A DNA stretch of 64,000 bases from assembly GCA_965226795.1 (NCBI GenBank), contig CBDDDZ010000005.1:576001-640000 (forward strand), read 5' to 3'. Position numbers and translations under genes: made by a program. Positions 49,407-60,766 of the stretch are shown here, piece by piece. The stretch comes from Candidatus Latescibacterota bacterium (lineage in GTDB: Bacteria > Latescibacterota > UBA2968 > GCA-2709665). How positions within the stretch are numbered: the stretch's first letter is position 1; each line of letters begins with the position of its first letter. Below the pieces are notes generated by a model, which was given only the letters and a program-made list of their open reading frames with translations, ran no database searches and had not been told where the DNA came from.

Positions 49407-50195
49407 TTACAAAAGCGACCTGACAAAGCCCCCATCCACCTGCAGGGACGTGCCCGTGATATAGCTCGACCGGTCCGAAGCCAGGAATATAACGTAATCG
49501 GAAAGTTCCTGCACCGTTCCAAGACGGCCCAGCGGTATTTCGTCGACCAGCGGACGCATCTCGTCCTGAACGGAAGTTTCCTTTGCCCTGGCGGCTTCCT
49601 CGAACTCCTCCCTCAGGAGTTCGGTGTCGATAAACCCCGTGCACACGTTGTTTACCAGAATCCGATCGCGGGCGTATTCGTTTGCGAGGGTCTTCGCCGC
49701 GCCCACAACCGCCGTCCGCAACACGTTCGACGCCGTATTCCCCGCCGGTTGCCTGACCGCGAACGCGCACAGGTTGATTATCCTCCCGCCTCCCCGCGCC
49801 TGCATCAGCGGGATGGCCCGCCTGCACATCCGCAGCACGTAATTCAGGATCAGATCCGTGTATTCCCGCCACATCGCTTCCGACACTTCCGCGAAGGGGG
49901 TGGCGGGCGGACCCCCTGAATTGTTCACAAGAATATCGATTCCGCCGAACGCGCTCACGGTCTCTTCCACCAATCGATCCACGCTCTCCTCACGGGATAG
50001 ATCTCCGGCAACGGTAAGCACTTCCGACCCGGTCGCCGCCCTGATTTCGGCTGATGCCGCTTCGAGCCTGCGCTCGTTCCTCGCGCAGATGGAGACCCGC
50101 GCCCCCTCCCGGGCAAGCGCCATCGCGCATCCTTTCCCCAGGCCGCGGCTCGCACCCCCCACGACCGCCACCTTATCTTTCAATCCCATGTTCAT
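49407..50195 (-). CDS. SDR oxidoreductase
   Basis: [36 protein letters not shown]. Confidence 0.9.
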   Translation of the reverse strand: MNMGLKDKVAVVGGASRGLGKGCAMALAREGARVSICARNERRLEAASAEIRAATGSEVLTVAGDLSREESVDRLVEETVSAFGGIDILVNNSGGPPATPFAEVSEAMWREYTDLILNYVLRMCRRAIPLMQARGGGRIINLCAFAVRQPAGNTASNVLRTAVVGAAKTLANEYARDRILVNNVCTGFIDTELLREEFEEAARAKETSVQDEMRPLVDEIPLGRLGTVQELSDYVIFLASDRSSYITGTSLQVDGGFVRSLL

Positions 50196-50398
50196 CTGAA
50201 GACCCCCCTCCGATAGACTTGACAACGGCGGTCCATTCGCCCGTGCGTTCGCATCGGGAAACGAACTTCCGCATTTTGATTGACATTCGTTCACGCCACG
50301 CGCATGATACCAATCCAGACCACTCGGCGGATTCTGGTGTACGGACAACCTGCCGCCGACCCATGTCACACACCAGACCGGAAAGAAGAGGCCGGAGC

Positions 50399-52270
50399 AT
50401 GAGATCAACCGAGGTTCTCGCCCATAATTTCCGTCATCACGGCCCCGCCACCACCAGCAGCCACCCCAGGGGAACCGTTGCCGCCGCTGACGGCAACGGC
50501 CGGAACGTGGTTCTCGTCTGGCTGTTCGACCACCGCGGCGGGTACGCACTGCTGGTTATCGATGCCGCGACCGGTGAAAGCCGGGAGTTCCCGGTACCCT
50601 TTCCGCCCGGAGGCGATTGCCCCTATGCCTCACTCCTTTCCAGCCGGAATCGGTTCTACACCCACTTCAACGGCTACTTCGTGGAGTTCGACGTCAACGC
50701 TCTGGACTACACTTTCTGCCACGAAACCGCCCCCCGCATGGCGATGGGATTGACGGAAGACGACAGGGGAGTAATCTGGTCTTCCACCTATCCGCAAAGC
50801 GGGCTCGCGTCCTACGATCCGGATAGCGGAGATTTCAGGGACTACGGGCACCTGTACGACCAGAACTGGCGCCAGTATCCCACCACCCTTGCCGCGGACG
50901 ACGCCGGCTGGATTTACTTCGGCATCGGCACGACCCTGTGCCAGATCATTGCGTTTGACAGGGAACGTGAACACGCAGCGCCGCTGCTGGCGGAGCACGA
51001 ACGTTCCCGAGGGAGCGCGTCCGTCTACCGGGACCTCAACGGTAGAGTCTACGCGCTTCCACCGACCGGAACCCCATGGCCCGGGGACAACCCGGACGCG
51101 GAATCATGGTACGAACTCTACCGGGGTGAACGCAAGGCGGTACCCAGGCGGGAAAGGCGAGAAAAGCCCTATATTGCAGGAGATTCCGGCCACGTTCATC
51201 CACACTTCCCCGACGGGAGCACACTTCTGAAATGCTGTCTCGTCGATCGCGTGTTATCCGTGGAGGGCCCGGATGGCGTGCAATCGCCGGACGTGTCGTT
51301 CGACTACACGAGCGAGGGCGCGCACATCATGGGCGTCGCTGCCGCGCCGGACGGGAGCATCTGCGGGGGCACATTTTTCCCGAGGCGCACTTTCAGCTAT
51401 CAACCCGATACGGACACCTGGATCGAGAGGGAGAGCTTCGGCCAGTGGAATACCGTGGGCCGCCAGGGAGACCGCTTCTTCGTGGGCGGGTACGGCAGCG
51501 GCTCCCTCCTGGAATGGGATCCCTTCAGGCCCTGGGTGACTACGGAAAAAGAGAATCCAGGCTCGAATCCCTTCTTCCACCGGATCTGTACGCCCACCCT
51601 GCATCGCCCACACAAACTGCTCGTCCATCCCGACGGCAAAACGCTGGTGGTGGCCGGTACCCCTGGCTACGGCTATACGGGCGGCGGCCTGCTCATCTGG
51701 AATTGCGACAGGCGAACCGGGACCCTTCTGGAACATACCGACCTGTTGCCTGATCACTCAACGGCAAGCTTGGCCGCTCTGCCGGGCGGGAAGCTGCTGG
51801 GCGGCACGACAACCAGTCCGGGAACCGGCGGGGAACAGAAGGCCGCCGAAGCCGAACTCTACATTTTCGACATGGCCGACAGAAAGGTGGCGTGGCGCGA
51901 GGTTCTCTTCCCCGGGGCGCAGGAATACACGGACCTGTGCAACGGGCACGACGGTCTTGTTTACGGTTTCGTTGACCGGGCGCGATTTTTCGTCTTCTGT
52001 CCCGACAGACGCGAGGTGGTTCATCAGGAAGAGACGGAAAGGAACTTCGGACCAACGGCGCATCAGCAGGGGCCGCGCGTCTTCGTGACGGCGCCTGACG
52101 ATACCGTCTACATTCTATTCGAAAAAGGCATCGCCCGCATCGAAAGCGGCACGTTCGCGATCGACCTGTGCGCCCCCTCACCGGTGCCCGTCAGCAACGG
52201 GGGTGACTTTCTGGACGGCCGTATCTATTTCACCAGCGACTCGCATCTTTACAGCTGGGAAATTTCGTAA
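50399..52270 (+). CDS. Large beta-propeller hypothetical protein
   Basis: Long ORF with GGAG RBS and repeated DG.IYG / YDP blade-like motifs; TTGACA-N17-CATGAT promoter at 50280. Confidence 0.7.
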   Translation: MRSTEVLAHNFRHHGPATTSSHPRGTVAAADGNGRNVVLVWLFDHRGGYALLVIDAATGESREFPVPFPPGGDCPYASLLSSRNRFYTHFNGYFVEFDVNALDYTFCHETAPRMAMGLTEDDRGVIWSSTYPQSGLASYDPDSGDFRDYGHLYDQNWRQYPTTLAADDAGWIYFGIGTTLCQIIAFDREREHAAPLLAEHERSRGSASVYRDLNGRVYALPPTGTPWPGDNPDAESWYELYRGERKAVPRRERREKPYIAGDSGHVHPHFPDGSTLLKCCLVDRVLSVEGPDGVQSPDVSFDYTSEGAHIMGVAAAPDGSICGGTFFPRRTFSYQPDTDTWIERESFGQWNTVGRQGDRFFVGGYGSGSLLEWDPFRPWVTTEKENPGSNPFFHRICTPTLHRPHKLLVHPDGKTLVVAGTPGYGYTGGGLLIWNCDRRTGTLLEHTDLLPDHSTASLAALPGGKLLGGTTTSPGTGGEQKAAEAELYIFDMADRKVAWREVLFPGAQEYTDLCNGHDGLVYGFVDRARFFVFCPDRREVVHQEETERNFGPTAHQQGPRVFVTAPDDTVYILFEKGIARIESGTFAIDLCAPSPVPVSNGGDFLDGRIYFTSDSHLYSWEIS

Positions 52271-52615
52271 TGGGACGCCACGGTGGGGCCCGTCTCCCGT
52301 CCTCGTCGCGTCCGTCCGGCACAAACCGCGATCGCTTTACCCTTCAATAATCCCCCGCAGCCGCTCATCCAGATCCGCCCAGACTTCCGGCTGCGATTCC
52401 ATCAGGCGTCGGTCTCTCAGCGAACCTCCAGGCACGCGCGGGGGCAGGATCAACGCAGGGCCTCCGACCGCGCCCGGTCGTTGCCGGTCGGTTGTGTTAA
52501 GCAGGAAGTTTGGATGCGATGTCTGACTTAAACGCGCTTCTCCGTTCCGGTCTCGTGTGCACGCCTCCCGCATCGAGTTCGGACGTCGGCTCCGAATGTG
52601 TACCGCCGGCGATTT

Positions 52616-53350
52616 TTATGGATCGTATCCAAGTGCTTTTGCCTTCCAATTCTCGTAAAACCGCCTCGCGTATTCCCGAAAAAGATCGAGGCGGTCCATA
52701 ACGGCCTGCTCGAAGTCATGCATGGCATCCTCGCCCAGCGTTTCGAGCAGGGCCTCGTGGTAGGCGGGCACGGCATCCCATTCCTTAATGGTCTCCGCCG
52801 TGATTTCTATGTGAAACTGGGCGGTGATCGCGTGATCCCCCATACTCATCGCCTGGACCGCGCACAACTCGGACGACGCAAGGACCTCCAGTTCGTCCGG
52901 CACGGTCTTCACCGCCGAGCTATGCCACTGCAGGCACGGGAGCCTCGCCGGGAAACCCGTGAAGAATCCACTTGCCTTACCTGGGGTCGTCAGGGAAATA
53001 TCCATCACCCCCACCTCGGGGCTCTCGTTCGCACCGACCAGGCCGCCCAGGGCCGCGGCCAGCAACTGGTGTCCCAGGCAGATGCCCACGAAGGGCATTT
53101 TTTTCTCGGCGACCGTGTATCGAATGGCCGCTTTCTCCTCGGCCAGCCAGGGGTACGCGTCCTCCTGCCACACATCCATGGGGCCGCCCATCACCCACAG
53201 TGCGTCGTAGGCGTCCAGATCCGGGATGCGCTCTCCCGCATCCAGTTCCACAACGTCCCACCGGATTCCATCCTCAGCGAAGAACTCGCGAAAGAGGCCG
53301 GGATGTTCAACGTCCAGATGTTGGAAGACCAGCAGCCGCTTGAGGCCCAA
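52616..53350 (-). CDS. Type 1 glutamine amidotransferase (GMP-synthase-like)
   Basis: MGGPM, GICLGHQLLA, QWH, QFHIE. Confidence 0.9.
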   Translation of the reverse strand: MGLKRLLVFQHLDVEHPGLFREFFAEDGIRWDVVELDAGERIPDLDAYDALWVMGGPMDVWQEDAYPWLAEEKAAIRYTVAEKKMPFVGICLGHQLLAAALGGLVGANESPEVGVMDISLTTPGKASGFFTGFPARLPCLQWHSSAVKTVPDELEVLASSELCAVQAMSMGDHAITAQFHIEITAETIKEWDAVPAYHEALLETLGEDAMHDFEQAVMDRLDLFREYARRFYENWKAKALGYDP

Positions 53351-53414
53351 GGTTGCCTCCCGGGTTTTCCTTCTGGATTCCAGGTTGTGAAATCAATATC
53401 TTAAGTCTGTGGCC

Positions 53415-53458
53415 CCTGAGCCCTGCTGTGAGCAGCACCCTGAGCCTGTCGAAGGGCT
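53415..53458. repeat. REP-like element CCCTGAGCCTGTCGAAGGG
   Basis: Reverse-complement relatives CTTCGACAGGCTC / CTTCGACAAGCTCAG occur at 55299-55370. Confidence 0.5.
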
Positions 53459-53512
53459 GTCACGGGGGCAATCCTGCAAGACACCGTTCAACGTCTCGTG
53501 GAGGCAGATACG

Positions 53513-54226
53513 ATGAATCTGTTGAGAAAATGCGGGGCGGAATTTTTAGGCGCGTTCGCCATCGTGCTGGGCGGGTGCGGCGCCGTAGCCGTAAACCATA
53601 TCAGCGGCGGCGGCGTCTCCCACGTGGGTATCGCCACCTCATTCGGGCTTATTGTGATGACAATGGTTTACGCCACCGGCCACATCTCCGGCGCGCACTT
53701 CAATCCTGCCGTTACGATCGCCTTCTCCTTCACGCGACACTTTCCCAAACGGGAGATCGCGCCGTACATTGCCGCCCAATGCCTGGGCGCTGTCCTCGCC
53801 AGCAGCATCCACCTCTTCACTCTTTCGCCCGTCCTGAAAGCCAGGCTACCGGGCGACAGCCTCGATCTGGGTGTCACCCAGCCCCTGGACGGCGCGTGGA
53901 CCACCGCCTTCGTCTGGGAGTTTCTGCTCGCCTTCCTGCTGATGGTTGTCATTATGGCGGTTGCCACGGACTACCGTGCCACGGGCCAGGCCGCGGGCCT
54001 TGCCATCGGAGGCACGATCTGGTTCGAAGCCATGTTTGCCGGCCCCATATGCGGCGCGTCCATGAATCCCGCCCGCAGCCTGGGCCCGGCCCTTGTTTCA
54101 GGCAACTGGAAACATTTTTCGGCCTATGCCGCCGGACCCGTGCTGGGCGCGCTTGCAGGCGCCATATTCTACGAATTCATACGGTGCCGCCCCAACGGGG
54201 GAGCGGAAGCCAAAGGTTGCTGCTGA
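53513..54226 (+). CDS. MIP/aquaporin family channel
   Basis: ISGAHFNPAVT and SMNPARS; ends in GCC (Cys-Cys). Confidence 0.93.
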   Translation: MNLLRKCGAEFLGAFAIVLGGCGAVAVNHISGGGVSHVGIATSFGLIVMTMVYATGHISGAHFNPAVTIAFSFTRHFPKREIAPYIAAQCLGAVLASSIHLFTLSPVLKARLPGDSLDLGVTQPLDGAWTTAFVWEFLLAFLLMVVIMAVATDYRATGQAAGLAIGGTIWFEAMFAGPICGASMNPARSLGPALVSGNWKHFSAYAAGPVLGALAGAIFYEFIRCRPNGGAEAKGCC

Positions 54227-54297
54227 AATCTGCACTTGCGCCACGCCATCCAACGTTGAACCTGTCTGCGTCGTGCCGAAACGCATCCGGGCCTCTG

Positions 54298-55134
54298 CTA
54301 AATCACCAGCGCAACCGCCAGTACGGCCAGCCCGACACCGGCGGCGGCGACGCGGTTGAGACGTTCCTTCCAGAAGAAATGGGCGCTCAGATTGTCGAGC
54401 AGGATCACGCTGCAACCCACAGCGGGGAAAAAAAGTGTGCCCGGCAGTCGGCTGAGGGCAGTCATGATGACACACAGAGCCATGGCGTTGTAAGTGCCGA
54501 GGCTTAACCCCGTCGTCAGTTCGGGCCGCCTGGGCCGACGCATCCTCAACGCAATGAAAATAAAACCGATCGTGCCCGCGGTGGCGCCCATCACCGTCAG
54601 GATCTGGACGAATTCGTCGTCGAGTCCTGCGTAGTGGACCGAACGTAGGCAGGAGTGACTCAGGCCCTGGGCGAAAAAAACCGCGAACAGCAGGCCGAAG
54701 GTTCTTCCGCCAGTCGCGTGGGCGCCTCCCCTCGCGCCCGAGGTCATCATCATCAGCGCGGAAAAAGCAAGGATGATCCCGCCGAATTGAGCGGGTACAA
54801 CCGGTTCCTGCCAGAGCCAGATACCCAGGGCAACCGGAACCGCAATGGACATTCGAAAAGCCGTCAGCACGGCACCGACGGATGCGATTTCCAGGACGCG
54901 CATCATCAACGACATCGAACCGATGAATACCGCACCTGTAATCAGGCCGGTCTGCAGCGCCGCGGCCGAAAACGTGAACCGACCCGTGGCCAGGAGATAA
55001 ATGGCAAGGACCGCGCAGAGCGTCAGATAATTGGTAGATACGACGACGGGCGCGTAATAACCGCGCCTCTGGGAGAATTTGCAAATCTGGACGAATCCGA
55101 AATCGAGCAGAATCGCGAAAAACAGCCAGGACAA
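54298..55134 (-). CDS. DMT/EamA family transporter
   Basis: About 10 TM helices in two repeats, ending LWQE and FWKE. Confidence 0.8.
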   Translation of the reverse strand: MSWLFFAILLDFGFVQICKFSQRRGYYAPVVVSTNYLTLCAVLAIYLLATGRFTFSAAALQTGLITGAVFIGSMSLMMRVLEIASVGAVLTAFRMSIAVPVALGIWLWQEPVVPAQFGGIILAFSALMMMTSGARGGAHATGGRTFGLLFAVFFAQGLSHSCLRSVHYAGLDDEFVQILTVMGATAGTIGFIFIALRMRRPRRPELTTGLSLGTYNAMALCVIMTALSRLPGTLFFPAVGCSVILLDNLSAHFFWKERLNRVAAAGVGLAVLAVALVI

Positions 55135-55249
55135 TTCGGGCGCCTCTTTCGTCGTTTTCAGCCGATCCCGATGGACCGGCAGAGAGATATCGCGTTCGAG
55201 AAATCCTGCATGTGTGCAGATCGCGTGGGGCTCGCACCCGGACGGCGAT

Positions 55250-55385
55250 CCCTCCCCGGCGCGGGAAGGGGGGTATTATACCTTTCCTCGACAAGCTTGC
55301 TTCGACAGGCTCGCGTCGGCAGGCTCAGCGCAAGCAACGCAAGAAACGACCGCACTTCGACAAGCTCAGTGCAAGCAACGCAGCG
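55250..55385. repeat. Cluster of REP-like palindromes
   Basis: CCCTCCCC...GGGAAGGGG hairpin (cf. 28998) plus two GCTCAG(C/T)GCAAGCAACGCA copies, between two minus-strand genes. Confidence 0.55.
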
Positions 55386-55435
55386 AGGCGTGATGAATCG
55401 GCATAAGAATAGGGACATATTTCCGGGAAAGGACG

Positions 55436-56209
55436 CTACTCTCCCCAGGCCTCACGGATCCAGGGCAGGGCCGCCTTCAACGGCGCAACAAATAGATCGG
55501 TCTGGAAGTGAGTCAGACCCTGTACAACAATCATCTCGATTCGAACGCCTTTGTCAATCAGCGCTCGCACCGTCGTTTCAACCGGATCGAACGGAATCAC
55601 CTCATCCGCCACACTGTGGATCACGAGCAGGGGAATCCGCCAGTCGACGTTGGCGGCATTCTCCTCCGGCCGCGCCGAGATCGGAATGGCGGCCCGGAAC
55701 AGATCCGGATGTCGCGCCGCCATATACCAGGTGCCCCGCCCGCCCATGCTGAAACCCGTCACAAGCGTCCGGGCTTCGTCAATCGTGTAGTTGGCCTTGA
55801 TTACTCGGACCAGATCCAGCACGTTTTTCTCGCTCTCCGCGTTGTCCCAACCCCCCGACGTGGCGTCGGGCGCCACGAAAATCGCTCCCAATTCCGCCAG
55901 CGCCGGCAGGACCAGAATCTCCAGCATCTGGCCTCCGTAAAATGGCGTCACCGCTCCGCCGAAGTGCAGTGACAGAATCAGCGGCGTCGGCTGCCGGGTG
56001 TCGTATCCGGCCGGTATGGAGATGGTATACCGCTGGGAACCGGGCAGCAGCACCCTGCGATAGATACCCGGCGACTGTGGCATGCCCTCCTCGCCGGACC
56101 CCGCCGGATCGTCGGACCCGCAGGCTGTCACCGCAACTGCAAGCCCTCCCGCCAGCAACCAATGGCCGGCTGGCGATATTTTTCCTAACCATCGGCGCAA
56201 GAAATTCAT
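55436..56209 (-). CDS. Alpha/beta-hydrolase lipoprotein (esterase/PHB-depolymerase-like)
   Basis: Lipobox VTAC, nucleophile GFSMGG, HSVADEVIP, LTH. Confidence 0.85.
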   Translation of the reverse strand: MNFLRRWLGKISPAGHWLLAGGLAVAVTACGSDDPAGSGEEGMPQSPGIYRRVLLPGSQRYTISIPAGYDTRQPTPLILSLHFGGAVTPFYGGQMLEILVLPALAELGAIFVAPDATSGGWDNAESEKNVLDLVRVIKANYTIDEARTLVTGFSMGGRGTWYMAARHPDLFRAAIPISARPEENAANVDWRIPLLVIHSVADEVIPFDPVETTVRALIDKGVRIEMIVVQGLTHFQTDLFVAPLKAALPWIREAWGE

Positions 56210-56301
56210 ATCTTTCCCCAATCCGGATCTGTGGACAGTTCCCCGTGGTTTCAATATACGGTATCCGGGATCCACAACAAGCGGGTATTGAAGGACGCAT
56301 C

Positions 56302-57924
56302 ATGACCGGTGCCGACATTCTTATTCGAAGTCTCAAAGCCCAGAACATCCGATGTATCGTCGGTATGCCGGGCAACCAGAATATCGACATTTACGACGCT
56401 CTGTTACGGGTCGGCGGTATAGACCATTACCTTATCAGAAACGAACAGGGCGCAACGCTTATCGCCAACGGATATGCCCGCGCGTCGGGCGAAGTGGGGG
56501 TTGCGCTCACCGTTCCGGGCCCCGGCGCCACGAACGCTTCCACCGGGATCGTCGACGCCCACACGGACTGCGTTCCGGTGCTGCTGATTACCGGCGGCAC
56601 GGAAGTGGCCTTCAACGGGCGAGACCGGAGCAAGTGTTTCCACGGCCTGGACCAGGCCGCGTTCTTCGCCCCGATTACCCGGTTCTTCGCCCGCCCGGAA
56701 CGCCTCGAAGACATCCCGGTAGCCGTCGCGGGCGCCTTCGCCGCGTTGCGCGCGCCCAGGCCGGGGCCGGCCGTGATCGAACTGCCCATGGACGTTGCCG
56801 CCGCGGAGGGTGAAGCCGACATTGCCGCGTACGTGGAGGGGAACCGGCCCGCGCCCGACCCGGCGGACCTTCGTCGCGTCGCCGAAGTGATCGCTCGCAT
56901 GGAGCGTCCGGCCATCCTCACCGGCGGCAATACGGCCGATGCGAACGCGGCCCCTGAACTTCGGGCATTTTCCGAAGCCCTCAACGCGCCCGTACTCTTC
57001 AGCCGGCTCGGCAAGGGCGCCTTTCCCGACTCTCATCCGCTTTCCGCCGGCCACTGCCGCGCCCGGCTGGCGGAAAACGTCCTTCAGCAGGCCGACGGGC
57101 TGATTGCCGTGGGTTGCAGATTCACACAGATCGACACCTCCGGCTGGACCATGGACATGCCGTCATTGCGCGTGCAACTGGATCCGGACCCGGCCGAACT
57201 CGGACGCGAAATCCCTGTAGACGCGGGCGTGGCGGCGGACCTGAAGCAGTCTCTACCCGCGCTCCTGGAAGTGCTGAATGAGACGGGAAAACCGGTCAAC
57301 ACCTGGCAGGAGACACTGGATCGATCACGGCGTGGAATCGCCCGGTCGCGCCGGCCGTTGCCGATCATGTCCGCGATGAGAGAAAGTCTCGATTCAGACG
57401 CCATCGTATCCGTGGACGTGACTTCCATCGGCTACCGGTCCTTCGACGAATTCCCCGTGGACCATCCCCGCTGCTTCATGTATCCGTGCCATTCGGTCAC
57501 CCTCGGTTTCGCGGCGCCGGCCGCGATAGGCGCGAAACTCGCCCAGCCGCACCGGCAGGTGGCCGCTTTCTGCGGCGACGGCGGATTTCAGATGACCGCT
57601 TTCGAGCTGGCTACAGCCGCCGAACATGGGATCGAGATCATTTGCGTGGTTATCAACGACGGCAGCCTCAGCGCCATTCGGGGCGCTCAGGCCAAGGCAT
57701 TCAACGGCCGAACCATCGACACGGACATGCAGACGCCCAGAATCGCCGACCTCGCCCGTTCCATGGGCGCCCGGGGCGTCCGCGTGGATGAACCCGACCG
57801 TTTCCCGGCCGTTTTCGCCGACGTAATCGGTCTCGAGGGACCGACCGTTATCGAAGTCGTGATGCAGAAACAGCGCGATAGCCTCATCCGGCAGGTACCC
57901 TGGTTGTATCCCGACCCGACCTGA
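56302..57924 (+). CDS. Thiamine-diphosphate-binding enzyme (acetolactate synthase-like)
   Basis: RNEQGA, PGPGATN, GDGGF...NDG ThDP motif. Confidence 0.9.
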   Translation: MTGADILIRSLKAQNIRCIVGMPGNQNIDIYDALLRVGGIDHYLIRNEQGATLIANGYARASGEVGVALTVPGPGATNASTGIVDAHTDCVPVLLITGGTEVAFNGRDRSKCFHGLDQAAFFAPITRFFARPERLEDIPVAVAGAFAALRAPRPGPAVIELPMDVAAAEGEADIAAYVEGNRPAPDPADLRRVAEVIARMERPAILTGGNTADANAAPELRAFSEALNAPVLFSRLGKGAFPDSHPLSAGHCRARLAENVLQQADGLIAVGCRFTQIDTSGWTMDMPSLRVQLDPDPAELGREIPVDAGVAADLKQSLPALLEVLNETGKPVNTWQETLDRSRRGIARSRRPLPIMSAMRESLDSDAIVSVDVTSIGYRSFDEFPVDHPRCFMYPCHSVTLGFAAPAAIGAKLAQPHRQVAAFCGDGGFQMTAFELATAAEHGIEIICVVINDGSLSAIRGAQAKAFNGRTIDTDMQTPRIADLARSMGARGVRVDEPDRFPAVFADVIGLEGPTVIEVVMQKQRDSLIRQVPWLYPDPT

Positions 57925-57953
57925 CGACTCAATTCGCGAGAAAGCGAGGATCG

Positions 57954-59087
57954 ATGAAAATAACAGAGGTCAAAACCTTTCCGGTCTTCTACGGTTCCCG
58001 GAACTACCTCTTTGTCAAGATTGAAACCGACGAGGGTATCTACGGCGTGGGTGAATTCGGGATCACGTGGAAGGAGCAGGCCGGCGTTGGCGCCATCCGG
58101 CACATGGCCTCCGACCTCGTGGGCAAGGATCCGCTCAACATAGAATACATCTGGCAACTCCTGTTTCGGGGCGACTTCTTCCCCGGCGGGCGCATTCACA
58201 TGGCCGCACAAAGCGCAATCGACATCGCCCTGTGGGACATCAAGGGCAAAGCCCTGGGGCAGCCGGTCTACATGCTGTTGGGCGGCAAGCTCCGCGACCG
58301 AGTGGTCTGTTATACCGGAATTGGAGGCGGGACGCCTGAAGAGACGGCCCGATCTGCGGAGGGCCGGGTCTCGGAGGGTTGGAAATACCTCCGTATGTCC
58401 GTCACCGATCGTGAAGGCGTCCTGGAACCTTCAACAGCGGTTCGAGACTCCGTTGCGCATTTCGCAGCGGCTCGCGAAGCCGTTGGTCCCGACATCGAAA
58501 TCTGCATCGACGTTCACACCCGGCTGGACCCGCCCGACACCATCCGCCTGGGCCGCAAACTGGAACCGTACGATCCATTCTTCATCGAAGATCCGCTGCG
58601 ATGTGAAAACCCGCAGACCTACCGGCTGGTCCGCAACCACGTGAACTGCCCGCTTGCCGTGGGGGAACACTACGCCACCAAGTGGGAATTCCGCCAGCTC
58701 ATCGAAGATGAACTGGCCGACTACGCGCGCATCGACCTCTGTATTGTCGGCGGTCTTACCGAGGCTCGCAAGGTGGCCAACTGGTGCGAGACCCACTACA
58801 TCAAAATCGTGCCCCACAACCCGCTCGGGCCCGTGTCGGCCGCCGCCTGCCTTCACCTGGACGTTGCCACCGACAACTTTGCCGTGCAGGAAGGCGGTCT
58901 GGTCGGCCGCACCGTGATGGAGGATCTGTTCCCCGTACAGGTGCCGTACGAATCGGGATACCTGCTGGCTCCGGACCGCCCCGGGCTGGGGGTTGAATTC
59001 GACGAGGTCGCCGCCGGGAAATATCCGTTCCAATGGGGACACGGACCGCGCCTCCATCGGGAAGACGGATCGTTCACGAACTGGTAG
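57954..59087 (+). CDS. Mandelate racemase / galactonate dehydratase-like enolase-superfamily enzyme
   Basis: SAIDIALWDIKGK, DVH, IEDP, AVGE, VPHNP, PGLG. Confidence 0.9.
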   Translation: MKITEVKTFPVFYGSRNYLFVKIETDEGIYGVGEFGITWKEQAGVGAIRHMASDLVGKDPLNIEYIWQLLFRGDFFPGGRIHMAAQSAIDIALWDIKGKALGQPVYMLLGGKLRDRVVCYTGIGGGTPEETARSAEGRVSEGWKYLRMSVTDREGVLEPSTAVRDSVAHFAAAREAVGPDIEICIDVHTRLDPPDTIRLGRKLEPYDPFFIEDPLRCENPQTYRLVRNHVNCPLAVGEHYATKWEFRQLIEDELADYARIDLCIVGGLTEARKVANWCETHYIKIVPHNPLGPVSAAACLHLDVATDNFAVQEGGLVGRTVMEDLFPVQVPYESGYLLAPDRPGLGVEFDEVAAGKYPFQWGHGPRLHREDGSFTNW

Positions 59088-59317
59088 GCACACCGGGAGG
59101 CGCGCACTGCAACGGGGTGGGGGAGTGACAACGTGCAGTGGACGATTGCACGTCCGGGTGGGGGATTCGTCACGGAAAAAGGCGAAATCGTCACTTGATC
59201 GCCACGCGGATGAAACATCCGTGTTTTACCATAACAGCGACCGAAGCGTCACTCTTCCCATGGAGAACGCTGGAACAGACCCACAGGCGCTCTCCAAACT
59301 TTTTTCGCAGGGGCACT

Positions 59318-59354
59318 AAAAAAGGGTTACGCCGAATTGACGTAACCCTTTTTT
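59318..59354 (-). terminator. Terminator after tRNA-Leu (bidirectional shape)
   Basis: AAAAAAGGGTTACG-CCGAATTGA-CGTAACCCTTTTTT. Confidence 0.8.
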
Positions 59355-59358
59355 ATTT

Positions 59359-59445
59359 TGGTGCCGAAGCCGAGACTCGAACTCGGACGGGCATTCGCCC
59401 ACTGCGCCCTCAACACAGCGTGTCTACCATTTCCACCACTTCGGC
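59359..59445 (-). tRNA. tRNA-Leu(GAG)
   Basis: GCCGAAGTGGTGGAAATGGTAGACACG, CTGTG-TT-GAG-GG-CGCAG, long variable arm, CCA end; follows secG. Confidence 0.96.
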
Positions 59446-59554
59446 AAAAAAGAACCGACCCTCTGCCGGACCGATCGGTGAGCCTAGAGTCAGGCGGAAT
59501 GGCCGACACGGCACTCATTCGGTTCGCGCCGTCCGGGCGGGTCGGCGCGAATCG

Positions 59555-59947
59555 CTACCGCCCCGTATCGGCCGGCGAAGTTGCCGGCGCGGTGCTTTCG
59601 GTAGTCGTGCCCTGTCCAGTCTGGTCCAGCGGCTGCGGCAGGCCTGCAGGCATGCTCTGAAGCGGCACGGGCTGTTCCCGGAGCGCCCGCTCGGCCGCGG
59701 TTTCCGGAGCCGAGATATCGCCCCTGGAAGCGTACCAGAGTCCGGTGCAGGTTAGAAAAAAAACAACCGCCAGAACGGTGGTTACCCTGCTCAAAAATGT
59801 CGCGGCGCCAGCCCCGCCAAACATCGCGCTACCACCACTGCCGCCAAAAGCAGTGGATAGCCCGCCCCCCTTGCTGGCCTGCAAGAGAATGGATACGATC
59901 AGAACGAGGCAAACCAGAACATGAACGATCAGAAGTAGCGTTGTCAT
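59555..59947 (-). CDS. secG: Preprotein translocase subunit SecG
   Basis: ILLQASKGGGLSTAFGG, FLSRVT; downstream of tpiA. Confidence 0.93.
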   Translation of the reverse strand: MTTLLLIVHVLVCLVLIVSILLQASKGGGLSTAFGGSGGSAMFGGAGAATFLSRVTTVLAVVFFLTCTGLWYASRGDISAPETAAERALREQPVPLQSMPAGLPQPLDQTGQGTTTESTAPATSPADTGR

Positions 59948-60726
59948 ATTGAATCCTGAACCAGATCAGGCAAAATTGCAGCTTTGACGATCGCCGCGAA
60001 TGCTTCGGGCTCCAGCGAAGCCCCGCCGATCAATCCACCGTCGATATCGGGCCGGTTAAACAGATCGGGGGCATTCTCCGGCTTGACGGATCCCCCGTAC
60101 TGGATACGCACCGCCCGCGCGACTTTGTCGTTGTAAAGGCCCCGCAATACCCGGCGGATTGATGTATGAACGGTTTCGGCCTGTTCCGGTGTGGCCGTCA
60201 GGCCGGTGCCGATGGCCCACACGGGTTCGTAGGCGGCCACGCAGCCAGCCGCATCCGACGCGGGCACCTGATCGAAAGCCGCCGTTACCTGCCGCCGCAC
60301 CACCCGTTCGGTTGCCCCGGATTGGCGCTCGCGGATGGTTTCTCCCACACAGACGATTGGCGTCAACCCGTCGGCCAGGGCGGCCCTAAGCCGCTGATTT
60401 ACAGTTGCATCCGTTTCGCCGAAGTAGGTGCGCCGTTCAGAGTGTCCTAATATAACGTACTCACATCCGCATGTCAACAGCATCCCTGCCGAAATCTCAC
60501 CGGTAAACGCCCCTTCACCCTCCCAGTGCAGATTCTGAGCGCCCAACTTTACCGAACTGCCCGCCAGCTCCTTTCGTACGCGCTCGAGAACGGTAAAGGA
60601 GGGACACACCACCACCTCTACCTCTTCGACGTGGTTCACGGCATCCACAATATCCCGCGCCAGGCCCTCGGCTTCGCCGGCCGTCTTGTGCATCTTCCAA
60701 TTCCCCGCCACAATCGGTACGCGCAT
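59944..60726 (-). CDS. tpiA: Triosephosphate isomerase
   Basis: AGNWKM, GHSERR, AYEPVWAIGTG, YGGSVK, LIGGASL. Confidence 0.97.
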   Translation of the reverse strand: MRVPIVAGNWKMHKTAGEAEGLARDIVDAVNHVEEVEVVVCPSFTVLERVRKELAGSSVKLGAQNLHWEGEGAFTGEISAGMLLTCGCEYVILGHSERRTYFGETDATVNQRLRAALADGLTPIVCVGETIRERQSGATERVVRRQVTAAFDQVPASDAAGCVAAYEPVWAIGTGLTATPEQAETVHTSIRRVLRGLYNDKVARAVRIQYGGSVKPENAPDLFNRPDIDGGLIGGASLEPEAFAAIVKAAILPDLVQDSI

Positions 60727-60766
60727 TTGCATCTCCACATGATGTGACTCGCTCACATCGGGCATC

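Noticed and set aside
52337..52573. Small ORF ending ...MESQPEVWADLDERLRGIIEG
   Set aside because: The C-terminus looks protein-like, but there is no convincing start, RBS or family motif; at most a fragment.
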